A DNA stretch of 64,000 bases from Thecamonas trahens ATCC 50062 (GCF_000142905.1 NW_013657626.1:1-64000); one strand, 5' to 3'; counted from the first letter of the stretch, positions 32,953 to 45,010 are shown. Translations and numbers: made by a program. The notes: generated by a model not told the origin, from the letters alone.

Positions 32953-35900
32953 GTCATGTTCACCTGCTTCGGTCAAGGGCACAGCAAAGTCTGCCATCAT
33001 CGACAAGATTGAAAGTGGCCCAGCAGGAGACGGATCGTATCGTCCCTTGCTCAAGACATCTGATGACGACGTCGATGACGACGTCGACGATGGCGATGGG
33101 GACGGTGTTGATGATCCTAGCTTGCTCATATCACTGTTCGTGGAGGATTTGTCGTCGGATGGCAACTCGCTACCGGCCGTTCTCAACTCGTCAGGCATCA
33201 ATGCCGAGTCGCTGGCGAGCTTCCTCAACTCGGTCTCGATGGACCATGCCTCCAGCACGCTCTCGACCATCGGGTCTACCGACAACGAAGGCCTTAGCGA
33301 CGACGTCAAGCTCGTGCTGCAGAATATTGGCGAAGTGACGACCGAGAGTGATACCGATGATGACGACGAGTTGCGGGCCGCCCGCGAACTGGAAGCACGT
33401 CAGTCGGGGTATGTGGTCGACTCGCCGACATCCGGCAACATTTGGTGGCCCAAGCTCCAGTCGCACAAGGTCTCGCTCTCGGAGGAAGACCTTGTGCTTA
33501 TGGCCGACGACCCGGTTGAGTATCTGAAGCGGCGGAGTGGGCGCGTAACCGAGTGCATCATCCACGCCCAGGCGCAGTGCCTGATTGACACGCCGGCGGC
33601 GCAAGTCTTCGGCACGCTCCTCGAGGCTATTCTCACCTTGACCGACTCGGAGTACGGGTTCATCGGCGAGATCGTCGACGTCAAGGGCGAGCCAGTCCTG
33701 CTCACCCACGCCATCACCAACATTGCGTGGAACGACCAGATGCGCGAGTACTACGACAACCAGATTGCCACCAAGGGTGGCTTTGTCTTTGACAATCTCA
33801 ACACGCTCTTTGGCCGAGTCATGATCACCGGCGAACCGTACATTGCCAACTCGCCCGACACCGACGAGTTCCGCTCGCCGGCCGGTCGGCCCGAGGGCCA
33901 TCCGCCGCTCAACGCCTTCCTCGGCGTCCCGCTCAAGCACGGCGGCGAACTTGTCGGCATGGTCGGCGTCGCCAACCGGCCGGTCGGCTACACCTCGCAC
34001 GTCGTCGAGTTTCTCGAACCTCTCCTCCTCACTGTCGGCAACATTGTCACCTCGTTCCGCAACCAGCGCATGCGCCAGTTTGCAGAGTCCGAAGTGGAGC
34101 GGATGAAGAACAGGTTGGAGCGGACCGTCCGCCGGCGAACCCGCGCCCTGCGCCACAAGAATACCCTCCTCCGCGCCGCTGTCATCAAGCGCATGGAGAT
34201 GGAGCGGATCGCCATCACGTTTGCAAAGACCCAGTCGGCCTTCCTCGCCAAGATGTCCCACGAGATCCGCACCCCGCTCAACGGTGTCATCGGCATGTCC
34301 GAGCTGCTCGAGCTCTCGCCGCTCAACGCCCAGCAGCGAGTCTATGTCTCTACCATCCGCTCCTCCGCCAACTCGCTCCAGGCTGTCATCTCGGACGTCC
34401 TCGACTTTTCTAAGATCGAGTCAGACAACCTCTCGCTCGAGGCCATCGCCTTCTCGCCCGTCGAGCTCATCGAGCAGTCGGCCCAGATTGTCGGGCCCAA
34501 GGCCGAGAGCAAGGGTATCGGCCTCGTCGCACACGTCTCGCCGGCCACCGCGCTCACTGTCGTCGGCGACCCGTCGCGTCTCAAGCAGGTCATCCTCAAC
34601 CTCGTCAACAACGCCGTCAAGTTTACCTCTGTCGGCCGCGTCGTCATCCACGTTGTGCCAACCGAGACTTCGTCAACGACCCAGAACCTTCGCATCACCA
34701 TCGAAGACACCGGCATCGGAATCTCCGATGAGCAGCTCGATCGCCTCTTCCAGCCCTACCGCCAGGCCGAGGCCTCCATCGCCCGCATGTACGGCGGAAC
34801 AGGCCTCGGTCTCGTCATCTCCAAGAAGATAGTCGAGCTCATGGGCGGCTCCATCACTGTCGAGTCCACCGTCGACGTCGGCACCTCGTTCATCGTCGAC
34901 ATCCCGTTTGCGCTCCGCGCCGACAGCCTCGCCCCCGGTCCGTCGGCGCTCGGCGGGCCCAACTCGACCTCGGTCGACAACTCGATCTCCACAGACTCGG
35001 CTGTCTCCTCACTCATGTCTTTGCTCACCATCCGGGATCGCATCGCCGACCTGCGATTTGTTGGCAAGCGCGCGCTGCTGGTCGAGGCCGACCCCGTCGC
35101 CTCGTCAGCCATGGAACTTTACTGCTCCACCATCGGCTTTGAGGTCGAAACCGCAGAATCCGGCATGCGCGCCATGCTCGCTGTCGCCAAGGACACAGCC
35201 ACCGCCAAGGCCATCCTCGACAAGCGGCCATACGCCTACATTTTTATCTCCACCGAGCTTGGTGACGTTGCCGCTGACGCCCTCGCCGAGCAGCTGCAGC
35301 ACATGCCCGAGCCGCCGACCGCCAAGATTGTCGTCATGTCGTCGTACGAGAAGCTCAACGCCCGCTGGGAGGTCGTCTTTGATGCCACCCTTGTGCGGCC
35401 CATGCTCCCGCACACCGTCCACGACGCCATCACCATGACCTTGACAACCGGCTCAGCCCACGGATGGCTTTCGGTCGGCTCTGATTCAAGCTTTGTCACC
35501 CGGCTCGCTCCCTTTGACTCGTCCACCACCAACGTTGCTGCCATCATCCGCCTCAAGATGCTCCTGCCCGACGCATTTAACGTCATCATCGTCGACGACA
35601 ACCAGACTAACCTTGACGTGGCCCAGCTCATGCTCTCCCGTTTGCGGCTCACCGCCGAGGCCGAAAGCGACCCAGAAGTGGCGCTTGACAAGATCGTCGC
35701 CAACTCGTACGATCTCGTACTCCTCGACTGCTACATGCCGTCGCTCTCGGGCTACGAATTGACCAAGCGGCTGCGCGAGGCCGAAGCTGAGCTGCACCCC
35801 TCGCGCCACACCCGCGTCATCGCCATGTCTGCCGCAGTCATGTCGCAAGAAGTCGAAAAGTGCATGGACGCCGGCATGGACGGCTTCATCGCAAAGCCGC

Positions 35901-36871
35901 TCTTTCTCGACGCTCTCTTCTCCATGCTCTGCAAGGAGCTCGAGGGCTACCACGCCGCCATCGAGTCTGCGCTCGTCAACGGTGACTACGCCCCCGAGTA
36001 CTCGGCCTCAATCTCGCAGTCCAACTCGGTCTCGACCGCAATGACCCTTCTCCAAAAGCCCAGCGACAAGGCCTTGCGTGAGCCTGCTGTCGCCTCTGGC
36101 TCATCGTCAGGCTCAGACTCGGACTCGGACTCGGACTCGGACATGGACTCGGACTCGGGGCGGCTGGCGCGCCTTTCGTACGACTCCAAGCAGAACTCGA
36201 TGTGCTCGGCCTCGGTCCCGTCGCTCTGCTCAGCGTCGATCGAAAAAGTTGATGTCACCCTTGCTGCCGCCACCGTCATCCTTGCCGAGGCGCCCAAGCA
36301 CATCTACGACGCGCCGCTGTCCGCCGACTCGAGTACGTCATCCGCCTCATTGTCCAGTGATGACCGGGACCGCAAGTCGAAGCGGAAGAAGAAGCGCAAG
36401 AGAAAGAAGAGCAAGAGGAAGCTCAAGTCTAAGATCCCGAGCGCCTCCTCGCCGGTCCCGGGCATGGATGTCGTGCCCCCACTCGTTTCCCCAAAGACGA
36501 CCACGGTGGATGCCACGTCAAAGTCCACGCTTTTGCTCGGCTCTGCCAAGCCGGCCAGTCGCAATCCGTCGTCGAGTTCGGAAACGGTGACAACCTCATC
36601 CGAAGCCGATCTGGCCTCGATCGACTCAGGCTCAACCGTGGAGACAATGTCGCTGCACATGGAACAGGCACCGGTCCGACGGCGGCTGCCCAGGAAGCTG
36701 CCACCGGTTCCCGAGTCGTCCATGTCACGCAGCGCCATGTCGGAGCCGCCCGTGCCACAGAAGAAGGCCCGGCCCAAGGCCCGCCGCAACGAGCGCGATC
36801 CGACCTGGATCTACGTCGCCCTCATTCTCGCTGTCACCGTTATCGTCAACAAGCTCATCGACCGGATGTAG
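32681..36871 (+). CDS. Hybrid sensor histidine kinase (GAF-HisKA-HATPase-pseudoREC-REC) with C-terminal TM
   Basis: H-box MSHEIRTPLNG, N-box NLVNNAVKFT, DTGIG, GGTGLGL. REC VDDN..DLVLLDCYMP..FIAKP. GAF PEGHPPLNAFLGVPL. The ATG at 32681 is the probable start. Confidence 0.93.
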
Positions 36872-36910
36872 TTTACCAACCAGCAGCGGTAGCCTAGGCC
36901 AGCCATACGC

Positions 36911-37528
36911 TCACTTTGTCGTGTTGAGCTCGGCAATGACGTGCTTCAGCACGTCCGACGTAGGGACAGACGCATCAAATGAGCCGACAAGCTTGCCGCG
37001 GCGGGAGAAGAGGACGCGATGGAAGACGCCGGCCGGGATCAGCTCGGGCTTCTCCTTCAGCTCGCGTGCAACGAACCGATAGATAGAGCTCGGCTTCTCG
37101 CCAATATCAGCAACTTCTGTCAACGGCAGCGTCACGCCCATGTTGTGGACCTCTTCCCTCAGCGCCTCGCGATCAAGCTCCTCACTTCCATCGACTCCCT
37201 CGACAGGCGAGGCCAGCACAAAGAGACCCTTTGACCTCAGCTCTTGCCACATTGCCTCCAGTTCCGGAATGTGACTCGCCGCCGCTTTTTCCACAACGCC
37301 ATCATTTGCCCGAACTTTTGAATGAAGCGCAAAGGTTGTCGTCAGCAGAACCTTGCCCGTCAAGTAGTACATGGGCAGGTGCATACCATCGAGGGTGTCC
37401 ACAGCCACGCCCTCGGCGTAGAGCGACTTGCCCCAACCAAGCGGAGGCTCATGCGAGTAGCTACTGGCCCTCCTCCGCACCGCTCCTTCAACCATACGCC
37501 TCACTCCGCCAATTCCCGCCCTCAGCAT
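36911..37528 (-). CDS. Glutathione-peroxidase/thioredoxin-fold protein lacking Cys, probably mitochondrial
   Basis: Spacing matches GPx: DTLDG..LTGKVLL, ELRSKGLFVLASP, IYRFV, FHRVLFSRRGKLVGSF. Arg-rich presequence-like N-terminus. Confidence 0.65.
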   Translation of the reverse strand: MLRAGIGGVRRMVEGAVRRRASSYSHEPPLGWGKSLYAEGVAVDTLDGMHLPMYYLTGKVLLTTTFALHSKVRANDGVVEKAAASHIPELEAMWQELRSKGLFVLASPVEGVDGSEELDREALREEVHNMGVTLPLTEVADIGEKPSSIYRFVARELKEKPELIPAGVFHRVLFSRRGKLVGSFDASVPTSDVLKHVIAELNTTK

Positions 37529-37707
37529 GCTCTACGTCAAGTGTATGCCCATACCCATCCCCTTTGCCACCTGCCTCTTGTTCGTGACCGTGATCGTGAT
37601 CGTGATCGTGATCTCTCGCCAGGTCGTCATCGATCGGGCGAGTGGGGAGGGAGCAAGGAAGGACGGGCTCCAATAGCACGACGACAGCTACGGTCTGATG
37701 GCCATGC

Positions 37708-38808
37708 ATGCCGACACTTGCTTCACCCGCTACCGCTCGAACGTCATCGAGTTCGGGTTCGGGTTCGGGTTCGCCATCATACGCCAGGTCGTCACCGATC
37801 CGGCGGGCGGGCAAAGGGGCGAGCGGACAGGCGGCGGCAACGAGCAGCAGCAGCTTGCAGGACACGGACCACTTCTCGCCGCTTACCACAGTTGTTGGAC
37901 TGGGTGACAACATGACGACTGAGAGCGGACGTGTTTTTTATGCCAATGAAAACGTAGGCGTCGTCACGCAAGGTCGTTTGGTGGCGGTAGCCCTCGCCGC
38001 TTGTTTGGTGCTCTTTATTTGGTGGTTGGCGGCAGGCGGTGGTGGCTTTCATCCTGTTCCCACACGCTCTGCTCAAGGTGAACGACATGACATGGAAGAG
38101 ATTGGTGATGGTAGTCGCAAGGATGATGGTGTTGTTGAAAGTGCGGCTATTGGTGGGAAGAACAGCGGCATCGCCTCTATTTCGGCCACGGGCAAGGACA
38201 AGGCCGTATCAAGTGATGATGCTGCCGTTCTCGCGGAGGAGGACGATGGCTTTGCGGGCAAGGTATACACGCCGAGTAAGCCTGGAAGGAGCATGGTCTG
38301 GCTCGATGTCGAGATCGATGGTGCTGCCGCAGGTCGGGTCGTCGCTGAGATTCTCGATGACGTTGTGCCCAAGACCGCTGCAAACTTTGTCGGCCTCTGC
38401 AAGGGGACCGAGCTTCCCAATGGCAAGACGCTGACCTTTGCTGGCCACAACTGCCATCGCATCATTGACGGATTCATTGTTCAGTGCGGCGACATCACCC
38501 GTGGTGACGGCCGCGGCGGCCGCTCCATCTACCCGAGCGGGTCGTTTGACGACGAGCCCGCCGGCCTCGCCCTCAAGCACAACGCGCGGTACTTGCTGCA
38601 GATGGCCAACGCCGGGCCAAACACAAACGGATCGCAGTTCTGCTTCATGCTCAACCCAGCGCCGCATCTTAATGGCCACCACGTCGTCTTTGGCCACGTT
38701 GTCGACGGCTTTGACGTCGTTGACGCCATGGAGACTGCTGGCACCCAGTCGGGTGTCCCGTCCAAGACCGTCACGATTATCCGGACCGGTGTCATCTCCA
38801 CTCCGTAG
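37708..38808 (+). CDS. Cyclophilin-type peptidyl-prolyl isomerase with N-terminal TM
   Basis: VPKTAANF, HRIIDGFIVQCGD..GDGRGGRSIY, MANAGPNTNGSQF, HVVFGHVVDG. TM LVAVALAACLVLFIWWL. Confidence 0.92.
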   Translation: MPTLASPATARTSSSSGSGSGSPSYARSSPIRRAGKGASGQAAATSSSSLQDTDHFSPLTTVVGLGDNMTTESGRVFYANENVGVVTQGRLVAVALAACLVLFIWWLAAGGGGFHPVPTRSAQGERHDMEEIGDGSRKDDGVVESAAIGGKNSGIASISATGKDKAVSSDDAAVLAEEDDGFAGKVYTPSKPGRSMVWLDVEIDGAAAGRVVAEILDDVVPKTAANFVGLCKGTELPNGKTLTFAGHNCHRIIDGFIVQCGDITRGDGRGGRSIYPSGSFDDEPAGLALKHNARYLLQMANAGPNTNGSQFCFMLNPAPHLNGHHVVFGHVVDGFDVVDAMETAGTQSGVPSKTVTIIRTGVISTP

Positions 38809-38842
38809 CGGTGCTCGACAAACGAGAAGCAAGACATGCATG

Positions 38843-40142
38843 TTATGATGTCGTCACAATTTGCAGCAGGTAGTCGAGGATCTCTGGGTTGCCCGGCATA
38901 GCGCCGTGCTCGGCCTTGTCGAACGTCCGCAGCTCGACCGGCGCAGACTGGCGCGCACCCCACTGGCCGCACACCCGCAGCGAGGTGCCCGGCACCGTGC
39001 CATCGCCATCCATGGTCGTTGTCGCTGCTGGCTGCTGCCCAAGCCCAGACGGATACGAGAACGCTACCTCGGTCTCCACAGAGTTACCGATCAGGCAGTG
39101 GACCGGGACGCCCGGCGGCGCTGTCCCGAGATCCAACAGCAACGTCTGGCTGTAGATCTGCGCCGTCGACGTCGCGTTGGCGTCGACAAACAGCCGACTA
39201 ATGTTGTTGAGCCCATAGCAGACTCCTGTCGAGGCGTCGGTCACGATGCAGTCGGCCACCGCGGCGTGCTTGTTCGGCGCCAACCACACCACACCACCCA
39301 ATTGCGGATGGCAACCGCAAAGTCATGCGGCTTGACCAGAGAGATGTTGAAGAAGGTCATGCCGACCGAAGCGCCCGATATCAGCGCCTTGAGGACGCCA
39401 GGCGCGCCGCCGAGTGGTGCGCCCATGGGAATGAACGACGCCACGTACTTGGCCTTCCACGCCGGATCCGCGTTCGCCAAAAGATAAGAGCCCATGGCCC
39501 CGCCCATCGAATGGCCCAGGATGTGGACCTGCGTCCCGTTGGCCTCGGTGTACATCTCCTCAATCATGTCCATGGTCGCCGAGAACCACTCGGGCTGGGC
39601 GTAGGGGGGCGGCGGAAGTCGTAGGTGGCAGCGCGGAGATCGCCGCCATTCACGTAGCCGGCAGCGGTAAAGGCCGCCGTCAGCTTTGCCATGTACGTGG
39701 TGATGGAGCGAAAGCCAAACTCATTGTCCAACGAGTTGACGCCATCCATCGTTCCGTAGCCCACAGGTGTGATGGTCACGCCTGGCGAGTCGTAGTACAC
39801 GTTGTCGACGTCATCATAGACGAGGCGAATGTTGTCAAAGAAGCAATCGCGAGACGCGACCAACGACGAGATCTTCAACCATTGCAGATGCGAGCCTTGA
39901 TTCTTGGTGCAATACACGTGGACAGTATGTGGTTTGGCCAACGTCGCGTTCAGTTGAGATCCGCCGAGTCCCGGAATGACCAAAACCGGCGCATGCGCCT
40001 CGCTCGCAAACCGCTCGCCCACTTTCATTCCAGCCAGCATAACTTCCAGCTCCTCCGCTTCCAGAACCTCATCTCCGGTAGAGCACATCGCAAGTGTCGC
40101 AACTGTGATCATGCAAATCCACATACCCGTAGCTGTTCGCAT
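38843..40142 (-). CDS. LCAT / group XV phospholipase A2 (two apparent 1-nt frameshifts at about 39605 and 39298)
   Basis: Signal peptide, PVLVIPGLGGSQL, ATYDFRR, GHSMGG nucleophile, GAPLGG, DGDGTV, EH triad, spread over three consecutive ORFs broken at C6 and G3 runs. Confidence 0.88.
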
Positions 40143-40708
40143 CCTCTCCCCGCGTCGAGTTGAGTCTGTCCACGATTCGCCACCAATGCCCCGCTCCCCG
40201 CACTCGCCCCAATTACGCCGATGACTGTCTGATCACCCGCCTCCCCGTACCGCCACCCACGACACAGCGTCAACAGCCCCACACACAAGCACCAACCATA
40301 CAACCATGATACTCCACATCGATGGCCTCAATCGTCTTGATCAAAACCCAATCCCCTGCTCGAGCCAGATCGCCCGCCTCGGCCCCGATCGCCCGCCTCC
40401 GCCCCCCAGCTCACAGCACCTCACCCTGCCGCCGACTCGAGGGCATGCTGCGGAGTTTGGGCCAGCTGCGTGCATGTCACGTGACATATGCAAGGACAGG
40501 AAGCTATGTGCGGGACATTGGCAAGCGCATGACGAGCTTGTTGGCGAGGTTGGGCGGTGTAGAGGAGGTGGGGGTTGAGTCGGGCAACTCGACTTTGACC
40601 GACAAGGCAGAGAGAGCCATCATCGTCAGTTCGTGGGTCAAGTCATTTGGTGACTCGACAAGATCAAGAAACACCCTCGCCTGTTCTTCCTTTATCTTCT
40701 CGTCTCCG

Positions 40709-42075
40709 ATGGCCTACCTCACCCCGTTTGGTGCAAGGGCGATGGCTACTTTGCGCGCTGCTGCGCGAGCTGGGGATGACGATGAGGGTGTGGCCATGGC
40801 CTTTGGCGACGGCATCGATGATGAGGAGGAGGAGGAGGAAGATGTCGTTATTGCTCGACAGGGGCATTCTCTTGGACAGAGCGGAGACGGGCTGGACGGA
40901 CTGGATGGCTTTGCCGTCGATGCAGGGAGGCATGGCTCGCGGCTGGACGTCGCCCATCACTCCTCGGTCCTCCCGCGTCTGAACTCGATCGACGAGGCCA
41001 ACGAGTGGATCCACTCGCTGGCAAGCTCGTCGCGCATTGCTGCCTGGCGCCGTGGCGAGCTGCTCGACGCTATGTATGAAGACATGCTGCTCGATGGCAT
41101 CCTGCCCAACGAGGAGACCTACCACACTCTCATGTCGCTCTCGATGAAGCAGGAACGGCTCGATCGCGTCCAGTTCTACTTTGACGCCATGCGGACGGCC
41201 GGCTATGCCCACAACGTTGTCGTCCACAACGTGCTTCTCACTGCGCTCGCCACCGCTGGCCGCGCTGACGACGCCTTTGCCCATGCCCAACGCATGCGCG
41301 CCACCGGCATCGAACCCAACCGCCGCTCGTACGCCATCCTCCTCGTCGCCTGCGGCATCGCCGCCCAGCTTGACCGCGCCGTTGCCCTCTTTGACTCGCT
41401 CATCGACGCCGGCGTCGAGCCGCACCACCACCTCTACGCTGCGCTCATCAACGCGAGCAAGTCGTGCGGCGACCTTGACCGCGCCGTCGCTCTACTCCGC
41501 GAGGCCCAGTCGGCGCCTGGCGTCACCGACCCGCTCATCGTCCACAATGCCGCCATCTCAGCCGCCGTTGAGCTCGGCGCCCTCGACACTGCCTTTGACC
41601 TCTACGCCGACCTCGAGCGCGACGGCCTCGCCCCCAATTCTGCCACCTACCTCTTCCTCCTCAAGGGTGCGTGTTTGCACAAGGACGTCCCTCGCCTCAC
41701 AGCGCTCTACGCTGCCATGTGTGCTGCAGGGTCACCTCCATCACGCAACGGCTACGACTATCTGCTGCGCGGCCTCGCCGAGCCGACCGCCCCGGCCGGT
41801 GCCCTCCTCGACGCCCTACGTGACATGGTCGGCTCGGGCTCGGCGCCCATGCTCAAGACCCTCATGGCCCTCTTCCACAAGATTGGATCGAGCCCGCGCG
41901 CCCGCCACGATGACATGCTCCGCTTTGGCGGGCAGTCGTCGACGCCGACCTTCGCCTCTCACAGTCCACCCTCTCGTTCCTGGCAGACTACGCCAAGCGC
42001 CACAAGCTCCGCGAGCTCAAGGACGGCGTCGCCGCCCGCGCCGCACGGGTTAACGCCGCCCAGCTGAAGCACTAA
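40709..42075 (+). CDS. Pentatricopeptide-repeat (PPR) protein, probably mitochondrial (apparent frameshift at about 41925)
   Basis: 35-aa repeats (GILPNEETYHTLM, HNVVVHNVLL, GIEPNRRSYAILL, GLAPNSATYLFLL). Adding one T at CGCTTTGG gives a helical C-terminus ending LKH* at 42075. Start inferred. Confidence 0.82.
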
Positions 42076-42103
42076 ACTACCATACCACCGCTCGCAGCCA
42101 CCT

Positions 42104-44640
42104 TTACCTGTCTGCTGCCGCCGCCGCCGTCACTTGCGCCGCCAGCTCCGGCGAAAGCTCGGCCCCGAGCCACGCAAGCACCCGCGGGACGTCGACCGGC
42201 TTGGCCGGCATCGCCCGCTCGTCCAGCGGAGCCTTGGCACGGAACAGCTGCGTCTCCGCAGCAAGCTTGGCCCGCCGCAGCGCTAGCGACTCGGACTCGA
42301 GCGCCAGTTTCTCGGCGCGGAGCTGTGAGATGAGCGCGTCGGCGTTGCCCAGCCGCGCGTAGACCGACTCGAGCTCGTCTAAAACAGACTGGGTAGCAGC
42401 GACCTGCTTGGCGATGGCGTCCGACGCCACATGCATGTTGTAGAGCATCTTTTGCAGCTGCGCAATCGACTCGACGTGTGCAGAGTTCTCCTCGTACAAC
42501 TCGAGCCGCTCATTGTGCACAAGCTGGAGCTCGGCCCGCAGCGACGAGCACTCGTCCATAAGCGCCCCAGCCTCGGCCTCGGCCTCAGCCATTCTCCCGG
42601 CCACAAGCTCCATCTCGTTCGATAGTTGCGTGTATGCCCGCACCACCTCGTCATAGTCACGGGTCGGCGGACCAGCATCATCGGCCGCATAGTCCTGATG
42701 CCCACCGCTCCGTGCGTCACTCGCTTCCAGCGCAAGGCGCAGCCGGGTCTCGGCTGCCCGCGACGACGCCAGCTCGGCCGCCACCGTTGCAAGCTCAGCC
42801 TGTGTTGCCCGAAGCTCTGGCCCGCCGCAATCAGCCCCGGTTGCAGTCAGCTCCTCGCGAAGAGCCAGAGTCTCGGCGCGCAGCCTTTCGATCTCGGCCG
42901 CCATCTTGCCGGGCGTCGAGAGCGGCGAGACCGGTGTGGCAACCGGCCGTATGCGCGACGGCTTGGGTGTCGACGGCGAGGCTGGCGGCGAGAGCGGGGC
43001 AGGCGAGTCTATGCGAGAGCCTGCGTTTGAAGCTATACTCGCGTCAAGGTTGAGCTGGGCGTCGATTAGCTCTTTTTTGACCTCAATGAGCTCGTTGTGG
43101 AGCCGAGCATTGGCGGCAGTGAGCTGCGTGTCGGTCACCTTGCCGCCGGCCTGCTCAACAAGTCGCATCTCGAGGTCAGCGTTGACCATCTGCAGCTTGC
43201 GAAGCTCGCTCTGGAAGAGCTGGATGGTCTCTTCGTGCATAGCCCCGAGCGGCATGCGGCCTGCGCCAGACGCGAGCGCGTGCTCGGCCTGCGAGAGCCG
43301 GATCGAGAGCATGGCGATCTTCTCCTGGTCGGTGGCGATTTTGAGCTTGGCGTTGACCAGCTCTTGGCTCTGCGCCACACCCTGCTCATACTGCAGCGTG
43401 TCCAACGCGTCCTGTGCGGCGGCAAGCTGCGAGCCCAGCCGGGCATTCTCCTCCTCAAGCGTGGTGACCCGGGCGAGTAGAGCGCTGGCGGCCGCAGAGA
43501 CGTCGGCCTTGCTCTCGCCGCCGGAGCTGTCGACAACGGCGTCAGCCATGATGGCTACCAGCGCTGCAGCATGGTCAATGAGAAAGGCGACAATGGTGGC
43601 GTCGGCCTTGGCGTGTTGGAGTGCATCAACCGGAGACGTCCGCGGCAGCCGCAGCAGGTTGGGGCCAAACACAATGCCGAGGTTTGCTGCGCCCATCTTG
43701 GACCTGCCCGCATGTGAGGCGGCTTCCGCAAGAAACTCCAAGAGGTAGACGGTGGTGACGATGGCAGCTGGCGGCAAGCTTGCGCGGAGCAGCGAGCCGA
43801 TGCGCTCGACAAGGGCAGCAGGCTCGGCGTCGGCACGAGCAGCCTCGACGTCGGGAGCGAGGGCGCGGAGCTCGCGGACAACATCCAAGCCAAACAGCGG
43901 CTCGGGCAGCTCTCTCAGCCAGAGCTTGAGGACAGCAGCGACGGCAAAGACGTCTGACGAAGTGGCAGCAATGTTCACGGCTCTGCCTGAGTTAAAGGCC
44001 TCCTTGAGCGCCTTGACCTGGGACGATCTGCCCGAGAGTCTAAAGATGCCTTCTCTAGCCAGGCCCTGTTCGGCCCTCAGATGCTGCGCAACCTGAGTGA
44101 CAACATAAGGGACTTTGAGGAGGACATGCGGACGAGTCGACGACCTTGCCCACGTGCCAGCCTTGATAGAGGCCATGAGATCGAGTGACCTTGCATGGGC
44201 CTCTTCCCAAGCGAGGAGCTTTTCGAGGCTCACGCCGAATACCGATGAGCTTACCGGAGGTCCACCGGGGAATCCCCCACTCGGATGCAATGTCGATGAG
44301 CTGTTGGTCATGATCGTGGTCATCAGAGCCAGATCCGCCTTGGTCACGCCCCTCGTCTCGGCCTCGCTCACAGGCATAGTGCCTGGACTTGCAGCGACTG
44401 TGCTCGCAGCAGAACAATCATCACTTTCAAAAGTTGTCAAGTGGTTCAAAGGCTTGGGTCCTCCAGGCTCTGCTCCGTACAGCTCTCCGCATGGCTCCTC
44501 CTGTCGGGTGAAGAGTCCGCGAGACATGGCTGCCGCCGAGCGAGAAGTGGCGTAGCCGACACGTGGGACGCTTGGCGAATCGAGTGGCATCGATAATTTG
44601 ACGTTGGCATGGTTGCCATCTTCAGCAACGATAAATGCAA
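42104..44640 (-). CDS. RhoGAP domain protein with long C-terminal coiled coil; 5' end uncertain
   Basis: VFGVSL, VPYVV, arginine finger EGIFRLSG, LKLWLRELPEPL, KMGAANLGIVFGPNLL. Confidence 0.88.
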
Positions 44641-45010
44641 CGTTGATTAATCGATGCATGCAGGCCATGCACTGATAGTCATCACACACACGTCCACACC
44701 ACCATCCACACCCATACCCACAACACACTGCATGTGTATACATACAACAGGCGGCTGCGGGGTGACGACCACAATCTCAGCTATCGCGCCAGCCCAGCCA
44801 CTGCCAACGATAAATCCAACGTTGAATAATCGTGACAACCAAGGGTCGACCAAGAGACGGGTCGGGCCTCGAGCGCCATAGGCAAAGGGCTGGCGCAGCG
44901 AGCTTGCAACTTGTGTGCGCACCTCTCTTCATCTCTGTCTGTCTCTGGGACAGTGCAAGTGGGGCAGAAGGAGGGAAGAGAAGGGAAGGCCGTGGAGGCG
45001 AGCTTGTACC

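Noticed and set aside
36911-37528. Selenoprotein GPx (Sec readthrough)
   Set aside because: There is no in-frame TGA at the catalytic position; the residue is Ser.
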